Positions 40,456 to 50,410 of a stretch of DNA of 64,000 bases are shown in pieces (position 1 is the stretch's first letter; every line of letters starts with the position of its first letter). Below the pieces are notes generated by a model. That model ran no database searches. It saw only the letters and a list, made by a program, of their open reading frames with translations, and was not told the DNA's origin. The stretch comes from an uncultured Candidatus Saccharibacteria bacterium (GTDB taxonomy: Bacteria > Patescibacteriota > Saccharimonadia > Saccharimonadales > Saccharimonadaceae). Made by a program: the position numbers and the translations under genes. Where the stretch lies: NCBI GenBank assembly GCA_963531145.1, contig CAUSEX010000001.1:7017-71016 (forward strand), given 5' to 3'.

Positions 40456-40517
40456 ACGATAATCTTTGCAAAGACTAAAAACCTAATCTCAGACGAAAGA
40501 TTTGGTACGGATTTGCG

Positions 40518-41177
40518 TTATTTTTTCCGTTTGGACGTCTTGGTTTTTGAGAATAAAACTTGGAGCTGTTTTTTGAGAGCCGCGCGGTTTGATGGTTTCT
40601 TGAGCGCGTGAATAATCATCGGCGAGACAGAGAGGAATACGATTATAAGAGCAGCAACCTCGATGTTAACGCCTGCTTTGGTAAGTAATTCACCGGCGTA
40701 ATAACCTAGATAAACAAACAGTGATGACCACAAGAATCCGCCGATAATGTTAAAAACCAAAAATGTTCTGTAATGCATTTTGCTGGCGCCAGCAACGATT
40801 GGCGCAAAAGTTCGGACGATCGGCGCAAAACGAGCCAACACGATAGTAATTGAACCGTGCTTGTCGTAGAATTTTTCAGTTTGCTCTAAATATTTTTTCT
40901 TGAAAAAACGCGAATTTTCTTTTTCAAATAATTTGCGGCCGACCTTATGCCCAAAACTATAGCCAACGCTATCACCTAACACGGCTGCCAAAAATATCAG
41001 GATAGCGAATAGATGAATGTCAATTGGCAAAATATGCTGTTGTACCATATATGCTGCCGTAAATAGCAAGCTGTCGCCTGGAAATATGAAGCCGATTAAT
41101 AAACCTGACTCAGCAAAAACTACCAATAAGATAATTGGCACGCCAAGATGAATAATTAAATTAATAAAGGCTTCCAT
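40518..41177 (-). CDS. DedA/VTT family membrane protein
   Basis: FAESGL..GF.FPGDSLL, LGD.VGY, ARF.PIVRT; start set at ATG 41177. Confidence 0.92.
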   Translation of the reverse strand: MEAFINLIIHLGVPIILLVVFAESGLLIGFIFPGDSLLFTAAYMVQQHILPIDIHLFAILIFLAAVLGDSVGYSFGHKVGRKLFEKENSRFFKKKYLEQTEKFYDKHGSITIVLARFAPIVRTFAPIVAGASKMHYRTFLVFNIIGGFLWSSLFVYLGYYAGELLTKAGVNIEVAALIIVFLSVSPMIIHALKKPSNRAALKKQLQVLFSKTKTSKRKK

Positions 41178-41367
41178 GCTAGAGCTGATTATAGCACAAA
41201 TCTCTAGCACCAGCTAATGGAATAGGTTTGGGTCTAAAAATTTATTGTCGAAACGGATCGGGGATATCGTGAATTACCAGCTTGGTTAGAATCATTATCA
41301 TAAACATGTTATAATAGAGAAGTAATAGTAAACCTCCGAAAAGGTATCTAACGAAAGGAAGAGAGAA

Positions 41368-42071
41368 ATGGGAGAAAAAATTACTCTGAAGATTGCTAAG
41401 CGCGAAGTGCTTGGCAAAAAAGTTAAAATGTTGCGCCGCCAAGGCATTACGCCAGGCGTGGTCTACGGTGCGGGCATGGAAGCGGTGCCGATTCAGGCTG
41501 AAGCTGGCGAAGTACTGCGCGTCTATAAGCTGGCTGGCAAGCATACGCCCGTCCAGTTGCTAGGCAGCGAGCGGCGTATAGCGATGATTAAGGATGTTGA
41601 ATCATATCCGACTAGGTCAAATGCTCTTCGTCATATTTCTTTTCATGCAGTCCGTGCTGATGAGCCAGTAATTGCCGAAGTGCCGATTCGTTTGAGCGGT
41701 ACAGGAGAATCTGAGGCGGAGCGTGCTGGCTTGGTAGTGCTACAAGCGCTTGAGAAGATCAAGGTCAAGGCTTTGCCGATGGATCTGCCAGAAGCATTGG
41801 AAGCGCCGACGGATGGTTTTGTTAAAGAAGGCGACCGGGTGACCGTGGGCGATATTGTTTTGCCGGATGTGTTGAGCTGGTCGAGAACGACGACGGCCGC
41901 GAAGGCACGGCTGACGACGACATTACGGTCAAAGATCTGGTTGTGGCAAACGTCTATGAGCCGAGCGCTCTAGCAGCTGCTAACGATGCGGCGGCTGGTG
42001 AAGCTGAGTCTGCTGATGCCGAGCAAGTCGAAGTTACGGGAGAAGCTGAAAAGACTGAAGCGTCGGAATAG
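41368..42071 (+). CDS. rplY: 50S ribosomal protein L25/Ctc with a one-base frameshift near 41869
   Basis: GKKVK.LRRQG.TPGVVYG, HISF..V; natural acidic C-terminus continues in another frame to TAG 42069-42071. Confidence 0.88.
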
Positions 42072-42093
42072 TTTGGTCTTAGACTAGCAAAAA

Positions 42094-42121
42094 AAACACC
42101 GTCATGATTTGGCGGTGTTTT
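42094..42121. terminator. Bidirectional terminator between rplY and the ABC transporter
   Basis: A tract, then AAACACCGTCA-TGATT-TGGCGGTGTTTT. Confidence 0.8.
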
Positions 42122-42144
42122 GCTATAGTCGGAAATGCTAGAAA

Positions 42145-43923
42145 TTACTCCTCGATGAATCCGCCGGATTGCCGCGCCCACAACTTAGCATAAACGCCGC
42201 GCTTTTTGGCGAGCAATTGATCGTGCGAACCGTCTTCGACAATGCGTCCGTTTTCCAGGACGATGATACGATCCAACTTGGCGATGGTCGATAAGCGGTG
42301 GGCGATGACAATTGACGTTCGGTTTTTCATCAACGTTTCTAGCGACTTTTGGATTAGCGCTTCTGATTCTGAGTCTAATGCCGACGTTGCCTCGTCAAGA
42401 ACTAGGATTGGCGCATCTTTCAAAATCGCTCTGGCAATGGCGATACGCTGCCGCTGTCCGCCCGAAAGTTTGACGCCGCGTTCACCGACTAGCGTGTCAA
42501 AACCGTCTTGCAGTTTGACGATGAAATCATAAGCGCCAGCTTTCTTGGCAGCTTTTTCAATTTCTGTATCAGTTGCATCAGGACGACTGTAAGCAATATT
42601 TTCACGCACCGAACGGTGAAATAGCAACGGTTCTTGCGGCACGTAAGCAATCTGCTTGCGCAAACTCGCCTGCGTAACTTCGGCGATATCTTGCGAGTCG
42701 ATGGTGATCTTGCCCGAGTCAATATCAGAAAACCGTAACAATAATTTGGTGAGAGTAGTTTTGCCAGACCCGCTTGATCCGACTAAGCCGATTTTTTCAC
42801 CTGGCTGAATATTGAGCGAGAAATCGTGAAACAAGGTATCGCCTTGGCCTTCGTCGTGCGTAAAGGTTACGTTGTCCATAACAATGCCGCCGCGTTTAAT
42901 TTTTAGTTTTTTGTCGCTGCGATCAACTAGCGTCGTTGGTGTTTTAAGAATTTCTACCATCTCGTGAGCATCGCCAATAATACGATTGTAACTGCGCATG
43001 ATGCCATTCATGTTCCACAACTCGTGCGCTACGCTGCCTGTATACGTTATGATTAAGTAAACTGATGCTACTGATATTAAATTGTGCTGAGCGGCGTATA
43101 CTGCAAAAGCAATTGCGCCAATTTTGATAATTGTGTTGATGGTTGAATAAACGGTACTGACTTTCAGGAAACCGCGCATCGTGCCCAAGCTAGCGCTGCG
43201 CCATGAACTGACCGTTTTTGAAAAGCGCTTTTGCTCTAGCGATTCAGCGCCAGACGATTTAACCGCCAGGATGTTTGAAACCATGTCGGCTAATTGGCCG
43301 CTAACTTTATTGCTGGCTTTAGCTTCTTTTTCGCTCAATTTGGCCATTGGCCTAGAGCCAAAATAGACGGCAATACTAAAAATAATTGAAAAGATAAACA
43401 GGAATAAAGCATACTGCCAAATTAATGTCGATAAAATGATTATTGATCCAGCTAAGGAAATAACTAACGGCAAAATCGACCAAAAAATTGTATCCCAAAA
43501 GCGCTCAACAGCGCCGTTTAGTTTGTTGGTTTGGCTGACGAGCGAACCGCCGAATTTATTAGCATGGAAAAACATTGTTTGATTAGTTAACTTGTTGAAG
43601 CATCGCGAGTATAAATCGCGTTGCAATGCAGTCTCGAACGTCCAAGTGAGATACAATACCAAACGCCAGCCAATCACTGTTGAACACAGTTCGCTAACAC
43701 CGTACAGGATAATTAGCGTCCATAAATTGTTAGCAGTTTGCAGCTGGTTGTGCTGGATAATGTTAAGCAGCTCTGCGATAACAAGCGGACCGACAAAAAT
43801 AGAAATAACAATCGTAGTAATTGTAAAAAATATCGCTAGATTCCTGCGACGCCTGTAGGGTACAGATACTTGCCAGAATAGGCGTAAAATTTCTTTATCG
43901 TTAATTTTATTTTTCAAAAGCAT
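42145..43923 (-). CDS. ABC exporter, fused permease + ATPase
   Basis: 6-TM N-half; GSSGSGKTT, LSGGQRQR, LVLDEATSALD, IAHRLST; start ATG 43923 or TTG 43917 after AGAGGAG. Confidence 0.95.
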   Translation of the reverse strand: MLLKNKINDKEILRLFWQVSVPYRRRRNLAIFFTITTIVISIFVGPLVIAELLNIIQHNQLQTANNLWTLIILYGVSELCSTVIGWRLVLYLTWTFETALQRDLYSRCFNKLTNQTMFFHANKFGGSLVSQTNKLNGAVERFWDTIFWSILPLVISLAGSIIILSTLIWQYALFLFIFSIIFSIAVYFGSRPMAKLSEKEAKASNKVSGQLADMVSNILAVKSSGAESLEQKRFSKTVSSWRSASLGTMRGFLKVSTVYSTINTIIKIGAIAFAVYAAQHNLISVASVYLIITYTGSVAHELWNMNGIMRSYNRIIGDAHEMVEILKTPTTLVDRSDKKLKIKRGGIVMDNVTFTHDEGQGDTLFHDFSLNIQPGEKIGLVGSSGSGKTTLTKLLLRFSDIDSGKITIDSQDIAEVTQASLRKQIAYVPQEPLLFHRSVRENIAYSRPDATDTEIEKAAKKAGAYDFIVKLQDGFDTLVGERGVKLSGGQRQRIAIARAILKDAPILVLDEATSALDSESEALIQKSLETLMKNRTSIVIAHRLSTIAKLDRIIVLENGRIVEDGSHDQLLAKKRGVYAKLWARQSGGFIEE

Positions 43924-44049
43924 CTCCTCTCTTGTGCAATTTATATTGTGAGTAGTTCGATTGTTGATAAGGCAATTCAAACGCGAGATTTAGAGGAACT
44001 CTTTTGGTTCGAGTTCATAGATTAACCAATTATAAGGTATAATCTTGTT

Positions 44050-44853
44050 ATGAGTCAAGAACGAACAGTTTCGTATGTTTTAATAACAGGCACTACGAGC
44101 GGCTTGGGTAGAGAATTTGCTCGTCTATTTGCGCAAAATGGTTATAATATCGTTGCTGTTGCACGTAACGAAGCTCTATTGCAGCAGCAAAAACAGGAGT
44201 TAGAGCGCCAGTTTGGCGTTGAAATGGTCTACATAGTTAAAGATTTGAGTGCTGAGAATAGCGCTCGAGAAGTTTATGACGAGATTAAACATAAAGGCAT
44301 TAATATAGATATCTTAATTAACAATGCCGGGTTTGGTTTGTTTGGTCGCTATGTTGATGTCGATTGGCAGCGCCAGAAAGGGCTCGCTAGCGTTAATATG
44401 CTGGCCGTGATGCAGTTATCGTATCTATTTGGTAAAGATATGGATCGTCGCGGTGAGGGTAAGATTGTTAATATTGCATCGATTGCCTCGTTTCAAGCTG
44501 GGCCGTACATGGCGATGTATTATGCGTCGAAAGCTTTTGTCCGCTCGTTTTCTGAAGCCTTACATGAAGAAATGAAAAGTTCTGGCGTGTCGGTGACGGC
44601 GATTTGCCCAGGTCCGGTAGCAACTAATTTTGAGAAAAACGCTCAAATGATGAGCTCGGCTATGTTCACTAAGCTCAGGGTCTATACGCCTGAAGTAGTT
44701 GCCGCGAAAAGCTATCGCGCTATCATGAATAACAAAGCAGTGTATGTAGTTGGTTGGCCGAATAAACTTTTGGTTTTTTTGACGCGATTTTGTAGCTTGA
44801 AGTTTAGTAGAGCTCTCGCTAGTAAAATTAATTTAGGTGGTGGGCGAAAATAG
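44050..44853 (+). CDS. Short-chain dehydrogenase/reductase
   Basis: ITGTTSGLG, INNAG, NIAS, YYASK, ICPG. Confidence 0.95.
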   Translation: MSQERTVSYVLITGTTSGLGREFARLFAQNGYNIVAVARNEALLQQQKQELERQFGVEMVYIVKDLSAENSAREVYDEIKHKGINIDILINNAGFGLFGRYVDVDWQRQKGLASVNMLAVMQLSYLFGKDMDRRGEGKIVNIASIASFQAGPYMAMYYASKAFVRSFSEALHEEMKSSGVSVTAICPGPVATNFEKNAQMMSSAMFTKLRVYTPEVVAAKSYRAIMNNKAVYVVGWPNKLLVFLTRFCSLKFSRALASKINLGGGRK

Positions 44854-44931
44854 CCTGGTCTGATCAGTAATTTAATTGTTGAAAATCATGACCAAGAAGT
44901 GTAGCATGATAAGTTTTGTAAAAAAGCATTG

Positions 44932-44964
44932 TATTTTTATTGTAAATGATTTACAATAAAAATA
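44932..44964. promoter_or_regulatory. 33-bp perfect palindrome (16-1-16), putative Fur/PerR-type operator over the promoter
   Basis: TATTTTTATTGTAAAT-G-ATTTACAATAAAAATA overlapping TTGTAT-17-TACAAT. Confidence 0.75.
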
Positions 44965-45374
44965 TGGAACAAATAGTTAGCCGACGAATTACGAAATATA
45001 CTGATATTATACTATCGATTTTATGCCAGTTGCAGCATGCTACTAATGCCGAGATTGCTAGCCGGTTGCGAGAGTCGTATTCAAATGTTAGCGATACTAC
45101 GGTACATCGTATTACGCAACGTCTGCAGAGTGATGGCGTTATTGGACTGGCACCCGCGTCAAGGCAGGGCTGTTTGCGGTACGACTTTTCACCGGAATCA
45201 CACGATCATTTTATATGCAGCGAGTGCGATAGTTTACAGGATATCAAAGTTCCTGATTCAGTGCGTTGCCAGATCGAGCGCCAGCTTGACGGCTGCTGTT
45301 TCGACGGTCCTTTAGTCATTACTGGAGTATGTCAACAATGTAAAAATAGAAGGAGGAATTATGGCATTAATTAG
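44964..45374 (+). CDS. Fur family transcriptional regulator (PerR-like)
   Basis: H.T..EI, S.TTV.R, RYD, HDHFICSEC, GVCQQC; start at ATG 44964. Confidence 0.88.
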   Translation: MEQIVSRRITKYTDIILSILCQLQHATNAEIASRLRESYSNVSDTTVHRITQRLQSDGVIGLAPASRQGCLRYDFSPESHDHFICSECDSLQDIKVPDSVRCQIERQLDGCCFDGPLVITGVCQQCKNRRRNYGIN

Positions 45375-45699
45375 TATTACAACTAAACAAGAGTTTGAAG
45401 AAAAAGTACTAAAAAGCAAGCGTCCGGTCTTGGTTGATTTTTGGGCGCCATGGTGTCCGCCGTGTCGAGCGATGGCACCAATATTGCAGCAGATCGCTGA
45501 CGAGACAGATTTTGATGTCGTCAAAATTGACACTGATGCTAGTAATGACAACAAAGAACTGGCTATACACTACCGCGTGCAGGGCATCCCAAATATGAAG
45601 ATTTTTGCTGCTGGCGAGGAGGTTGCTGAGCTGATCGGTATGAAACCAAAACAGACGCTAATTGATGCGTTGGAAAAAGCTAGAGAAACTATTAATTAA
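45361..45699 (+). CDS. trxA: Thioredoxin
   Basis: VLVDFWAPWCPPC, V.GIP; AGGAGG SD. Confidence 0.95.
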   Translation: MALISITTKQEFEEKVLKSKRPVLVDFWAPWCPPCRAMAPILQQIADETDFDVVKIDTDASNDNKELAIHYRVQGIPNMKIFAAGEEVAELIGMKPKQTLIDALEKARETIN

Positions 45700-45700
45700 T

Positions 45701-46606
45701 ATGTCATCACGGAGTAATTATCAAAAGCTTTTCGTGCGAAGATCGCTAAGATATTTACCGCACCATACCCTAATGTTAATTATTTACAAAAGTAAGTTGC
45801 TTCGTTTTGAAAAGGCTTTAGATACCATCGCTAAAAGGAGAATAATTAATGTAAATGATTCACTTTCATTTGATAATTCTGAGATAAGAGAATATCAAAA
45901 ACTAACGAAAGATACTCAACTTTGGCATGGTACTGGTCGTTGGCAGCACGGTAAGGACGGTATCGTTGATGTAATGAAAAGTTTTTGCGATATTGCTGGC
46001 CTCAAGCCATCCCGCGATGTGTATGCAGTTTTTGGCGGCAGTGATCGGCATATCGTACATTCGATTTCATTATGCCGGAGTCGAATGGTGGCGCGATCAT
46101 ACGCTGACATGCATGGTCTTGGCTGGAAAGAGAAAAATCGCTATGGCGACGCTCTGACTTGGACATCGTATTACTACAGCTTGTTTTATGCGCGGCTATT
46201 TACGGTCAATGGGGTCAAAATGTTGCGCCGTTGGAAAGCTTGGCGTACATTGTCGCATGATGAAAATGGCGATAATACTTGGGGAAAGAAAGTGAATAAG
46301 CAGGCACGCGATGTGTGGGATGTCTTCTGTCTGGGTAGTGATATTTCGGGTAATTATCCAATTTTAATTGGTGTTAGGAGTCTTGATTCGCAATTAAAAC
46401 TAGAAAAACCAATGAGTCATTACGAAGTACGCGCTGATAAACGAATAGGCGTTGCAAATATTTCACACATAGAAGTTCCTCGCGATAAGCAGGACGAAAT
46501 GCGAGAATTATTGCTTTCATACGGTATCGACATACCAGTGACGAGCATTGAATTAGGCGAATATGTCAGTATGCAGAAGCGTTTTACTGAATTGCTTGGT
46601 TGGTAG
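45701..46606 (+). CDS. Hypothetical protein, possible ADP-ribosyltransferase-like fold
   Basis: Long ORF starting 1 nt after trxA; LWHGT...SISL...ARSYA...YE motif order. Confidence 0.6.
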   Translation: MSSRSNYQKLFVRRSLRYLPHHTLMLIIYKSKLLRFEKALDTIAKRRIINVNDSLSFDNSEIREYQKLTKDTQLWHGTGRWQHGKDGIVDVMKSFCDIAGLKPSRDVYAVFGGSDRHIVHSISLCRSRMVARSYADMHGLGWKEKNRYGDALTWTSYYYSLFYARLFTVNGVKMLRRWKAWRTLSHDENGDNTWGKKVNKQARDVWDVFCLGSDISGNYPILIGVRSLDSQLKLEKPMSHYEVRADKRIGVANISHIEVPRDKQDEMRELLLSYGIDIPVTSIELGEYVSMQKRFTELLGW

Positions 46607-46666
46607 AGAAAAGAGATTAGGCTAAAGCTGACGAAGTGGATGTGATAAGATTATTATTAATAATAT

Positions 46667-47254
46667 ATGAAGTCACATACTAAACCGCTTTTATACGACC
46701 AAATCGCAACCGATCCAATGAATGCTGATTTTGCCAATAGAGGTTGGTCGCCTGTGTATTCTGCTTCGTCAAGTTCGCGAATTGTACTGGTCGGGCAGGC
46801 ACCAGGTCGAATTGCTCAGCAGACGCTAAAGCCGTGGAATGATGCTAGCGGTCGCTTACTTCGGCGATGGCTGAACGTAACGGACGAGCAGTTTTACAAT
46901 CCCGATCTCTTTGCGTTGATGCCGATAGATTTTTATTATCCAGGCAGGGGAGTGCACGGTGATTTGCCGCCACGTTTGGATTTTGCCAGAAAATGGCATC
47001 CGCGTTTGCTGGCGCAGATGCCGAATGTGCGATTGACGATTTTGGTTGGTTCGTATGCGCAAAAATATTATCTTGATCGCCGCGCCAATCAGAATTTGAC
47101 AGCAACTGTGGCGGACTTTAATATGTATTTGCCAGATTATTTTCCATTGGTTCATCCATCGCCGCTCAATATTGGCTGGCGCAAACGTAATCCCTGGTTT
47201 GAATCGGACGTTATTCCAGTTCTACAAACTATAGTTAAGGAGGTGCTGTCATGA
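46667..47254 (+). CDS. Uracil-DNA glycosylase superfamily protein
   Basis: VGQAPG, WND.SG..LR.W, DFYYPG, LVHPSP.N..W. Confidence 0.9.
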   Translation: MKSHTKPLLYDQIATDPMNADFANRGWSPVYSASSSSRIVLVGQAPGRIAQQTLKPWNDASGRLLRRWLNVTDEQFYNPDLFALMPIDFYYPGRGVHGDLPPRLDFARKWHPRLLAQMPNVRLTILVGSYAQKYYLDRRANQNLTATVADFNMYLPDYFPLVHPSPLNIGWRKRNPWFESDVIPVLQTIVKEVLS

Positions 47255-47595
47255 CAGTTTATAAAATTAAACGAATTTACGAATCGCCAGAATCGGACGA
47301 TGGCTACCGCGTGCTAGTTGACCGATTATGGCCGCGCGGTATCAGTAAAGAGCGAGCAGCGCTAGACGAGTGGGCTAAAGAAATCGCGCCAACCAATGAG
47401 CTGCGCCAATGGTTTAATCATGACCCAGAAAAATTTACAGAATTTTCAGAACGTTATACAAAAGAGTTAGACGAAAATCCTGCCGCTATCAAGGCGAGAA
47501 ATGACTGGACTAATCATCCAATCGTTACGCTATTGTATAGCGCTAAGGATGCGGAGTTTAACCAGGCGGTAGTACTTAAGCAATGGTTAGAATAA
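47251..47595 (+). CDS. DUF488/YeaO family protein
   Basis: KRIYE, DDGYRVLVDRLWPRG, APT.ELRQWF.H, LLYSAKD..NQA. Confidence 0.93.
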   Translation: MTVYKIKRIYESPESDDGYRVLVDRLWPRGISKERAALDEWAKEIAPTNELRQWFNHDPEKFTEFSERYTKELDENPAAIKARNDWTNHPIVTLLYSAKDAEFNQAVVLKQWLE

Positions 47596-47640
47596 ATAGC
47601 GCTCTTCAAAAATACTCATTTTTGACGTAAAATATAATTA

Positions 47641-49125
47641 ATGATACGATTCCGCAACACTCTGACGCGTCGGTTTGATGATTTTACTCCGCTATCGTCT
47701 GATAGAGTGACTTTATATACTTGCGGACCGACTGTCTACGATGATTTACACGTCGGTAATTGGGCAGCCTACGTCTATTGGGACACGCTAGTTCGGACAT
47801 TGCAAATTGACGGCTATACGGTTGATCGCGTGATGAATATAACCGATGTTGGGCATTTGGTCAGTGATGCAGACGAAGGCGAGGATAAGCTTGAAAAGGG
47901 CGCTCGCCGCGATGGAAAAACTGCTTGGGAAATCGCTGAATACTACACGCAACATTTTCTTGACGGCATGAAAGCGCTCAATCTTATTCCGCCGACGCAT
48001 ATAGCCAAGGCGACTGATTACATCTCGCAGCAGATTTCTTTGCTGCGGGCTCTTAAACAGCGCGGCTGCACCTATCAAACCAGTGACGGTATTTATTTTG
48101 ATACTAGTACTTTTCCGCGTTACGCCGACTTTGCGCAGCTTGATTTGAGCGCCCAAAAAGCTGGCGCTCGCGTCGATGCTAACAGTGAGAAGCGTCAACC
48201 GTGGGATTTCGCGCTCTGGAAATTTACCGAGAAAGGCAAAGTGCGCGATATGGAGTGGGAGACGCCTGCTGATTTGCTAGATACGCCACCAGAAGATAAC
48301 AAGCCAGTCATGGGCTTTCCTGGTTGGCACTTGGAATGCTCGGCTATCGCCATGAGCTTGCTCGGCAAGACAATCGATATTCATACTGGCGGAATTGATC
48401 ACATCCCGGTGCATCACACTAACGAAATCGCCCAGAGCGAAGCGGCAACTGGCCAAAGGTTTGCGAACTTTTGGCTGCACTGCAACCACCTGAAGATTAA
48501 TGGCGGCAAAATCAGCAAATCCCTCGGTAATGGCTACACGCTTGGTGATCTAAAGCGGCATGGTTTCTCAGCGATGGATTTGCGAATGTTTATTTTGCAG
48601 GGACATTATTCTAATGAAGGTAATTTTTCATTCGAGAATTTGCAGGCAGCGCACAACCGGCTGCAGCATTGGCGCGACGTGGCTTGCTTGCGACACCAAG
48701 TTCACGATCGCTTACATAGCGATACCGAGAACAACGATCTACGACATGATTTCTCGCCCAGCGCGGCTATCGGCGCTGTCAAAGAAGCGTTAAACGATAA
48801 CTTAGAAACGCCACGGGCACTAGCTATTGTCGATAAAGCTCTAACCGAACTCGACAAAAAACCGCCGCAGAAAATCTATCGAGCTGGATTAATCGAATTT
48901 TTGGAGTTTGTTGATGCGGCATTGGGGCTTGAGCTGTTGGACTCAACTCCCGATATTGATGATGAATGTAAGCGGCTATTGGTAGAACGCCGCCGTGCTC
49001 GCGATAACAAGAATTGGGTAAATTCCGATGAATTACGCGATGAGCTGCTCAATGAATACGGTGTAGTTGTCAAAGATACTGCACATGATACTTTATGGGC
49101 GTATGCTGACGAAAAACCAGAGTAG
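47641..49125 (+). CDS. cysS: Cysteine--tRNA ligase
   Basis: YTCGPTVY, HVGN, NITDVGH, DFALWK, PGWHLECS, DIHTGG.DH..HH.NE, KISKS. Confidence 0.97.
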   Translation: MIRFRNTLTRRFDDFTPLSSDRVTLYTCGPTVYDDLHVGNWAAYVYWDTLVRTLQIDGYTVDRVMNITDVGHLVSDADEGEDKLEKGARRDGKTAWEIAEYYTQHFLDGMKALNLIPPTHIAKATDYISQQISLLRALKQRGCTYQTSDGIYFDTSTFPRYADFAQLDLSAQKAGARVDANSEKRQPWDFALWKFTEKGKVRDMEWETPADLLDTPPEDNKPVMGFPGWHLECSAIAMSLLGKTIDIHTGGIDHIPVHHTNEIAQSEAATGQRFANFWLHCNHLKINGGKISKSLGNGYTLGDLKRHGFSAMDLRMFILQGHYSNEGNFSFENLQAAHNRLQHWRDVACLRHQVHDRLHSDTENNDLRHDFSPSAAIGAVKEALNDNLETPRALAIVDKALTELDKKPPQKIYRAGLIEFLEFVDAALGLELLDSTPDIDDECKRLLVERRRARDNKNWVNSDELRDELLNEYGVVVKDTAHDTLWAYADEKPE

Positions 49126-49184
49126 ACTTCAAGTGTTTAAAAGATTCTTTTTGAATGGCGTGAGCTGGCCAGGCCAATCCTTTA

Positions 49185-50357
49185 CTAGGCTTCAGCTTCT
49201 GATTTAGCTGCCTCTGGTTTACTTTTTTCGCGGCGAACACGCTTGAGCAGGCGAGCAAGCTTTGTTGGTTTGGTAGCTGGTTCTTCGCGGCGTTCGACCT
49301 TGATATATTCAGTTGCAAGCACTTTGGCACAGCCAGCTATCGGTATCGAGATAATACCGCCAACCATACCGAACATGTACAGTCCTATAGTTACCGCCAT
49401 CAAAACCATTAGCGGCGAAAGTTCAATACGCTTGGATTGAATGGTTGGCGAAATTACATTATTCTCAACCTGCTGATAAATGATGAAGTAAATACCAAAA
49501 GCTATCGCTGCTGGCATACTATTAATTGCCAGTAATGCAAAAACGATAATGCCGCCAATTCCTGCGCCGAACATTGGGATCAGCGACAAGATAAACATGA
49601 TAGCAATCGTTGGCAAAGCAATGTTTGCTGGTACTGCTGGAAAAACTTGGCTCAAGATAAATACTGTCAAGCCGGCAAAAGCACCATCTAAACCCGAAAC
49701 GATCAATTGTCCGCTTACATATCCAGAGATTACTGCATTCATTCGCCGGAAGATGATCCGATGGTGCTGCATTCGCTTGTCGTTGCTATATAATCCCCAG
49801 AAGTATTGTGACCAGCGCGGTCCTTCGACTAGCATTAGGAATGTTAGAACTAGCGCTAGCGAGGCCTCGGTGATTAGCGACATTGTTGTTCCGACGCCGC
49901 TGAGAAAGTTCTGTCCAAAGTTTGCCAGCCACGACGTTGCATTTCCTTGTATTGAAACAGCCATTTGATCAATCTGCGATTCTAGATGATAACGCGATAC
50001 TATAGCACCAAAGCCCTTCCATTGCGCCGACATAGTTCGTATCGTATCGGGCAGAGTTTGTAAAAAGCTAATTGTTTGCTGAACTATTGGCGGCACTGCC
50101 AAAAACAGAATTGCCGCTAGTATTGCTACAATAACGATAAAAGCGATAGCTGTACTGAGGGTTCGGCTGCGGTTGGGTAGCTTATTAGCCAACCAACTGA
50201 CTGGCCCATTGAGAGCTAGTGCTAAGAATGCTGCCGCTCCAATAATTACTAACGCTGTACGAGCATTCCAAATTAATAAGCCTGCTAACCCAAAGCCGAT
50301 TACTACCAGCCAAAAACGTACGAATGTTATAGTGTCTATCTCGATTTTAACCTTCAT
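49185..50357 (-). CDS. AI-2E family transporter
   Basis: Multi-TM; LIPMFG, YQQVENN.I.P, G..GG.I.IP. Confidence 0.88.
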   Translation of the reverse strand: MKVKIEIDTITFVRFWLVVIGFGLAGLLIWNARTALVIIGAAAFLALALNGPVSWLANKLPNRSRTLSTAIAFIVIVAILAAILFLAVPPIVQQTISFLQTLPDTIRTMSAQWKGFGAIVSRYHLESQIDQMAVSIQGNATSWLANFGQNFLSGVGTTMSLITEASLALVLTFLMLVEGPRWSQYFWGLYSNDKRMQHHRIIFRRMNAVISGYVSGQLIVSGLDGAFAGLTVFILSQVFPAVPANIALPTIAIMFILSLIPMFGAGIGGIIVFALLAINSMPAAIAFGIYFIIYQQVENNVISPTIQSKRIELSPLMVLMAVTIGLYMFGMVGGIISIPIAGCAKVLATEYIKVERREEPATKPTKLARLLKRVRREKSKPEAAKSEAEA

Positions 50358-50410
50358 ATTTTCAGTATAGCGCTTTATTGTTAAAAACTAAAATTTGCTA
50401 TAATGTGCTT

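Noticed and set aside
41286..41301. TTAGAAT-C-ATTATCA Fur/Per-box-like site upstream of rplY
   Set aside because: AT-rich context and poor match to the local regulator's TGTAAAT-N-ATTTACA core
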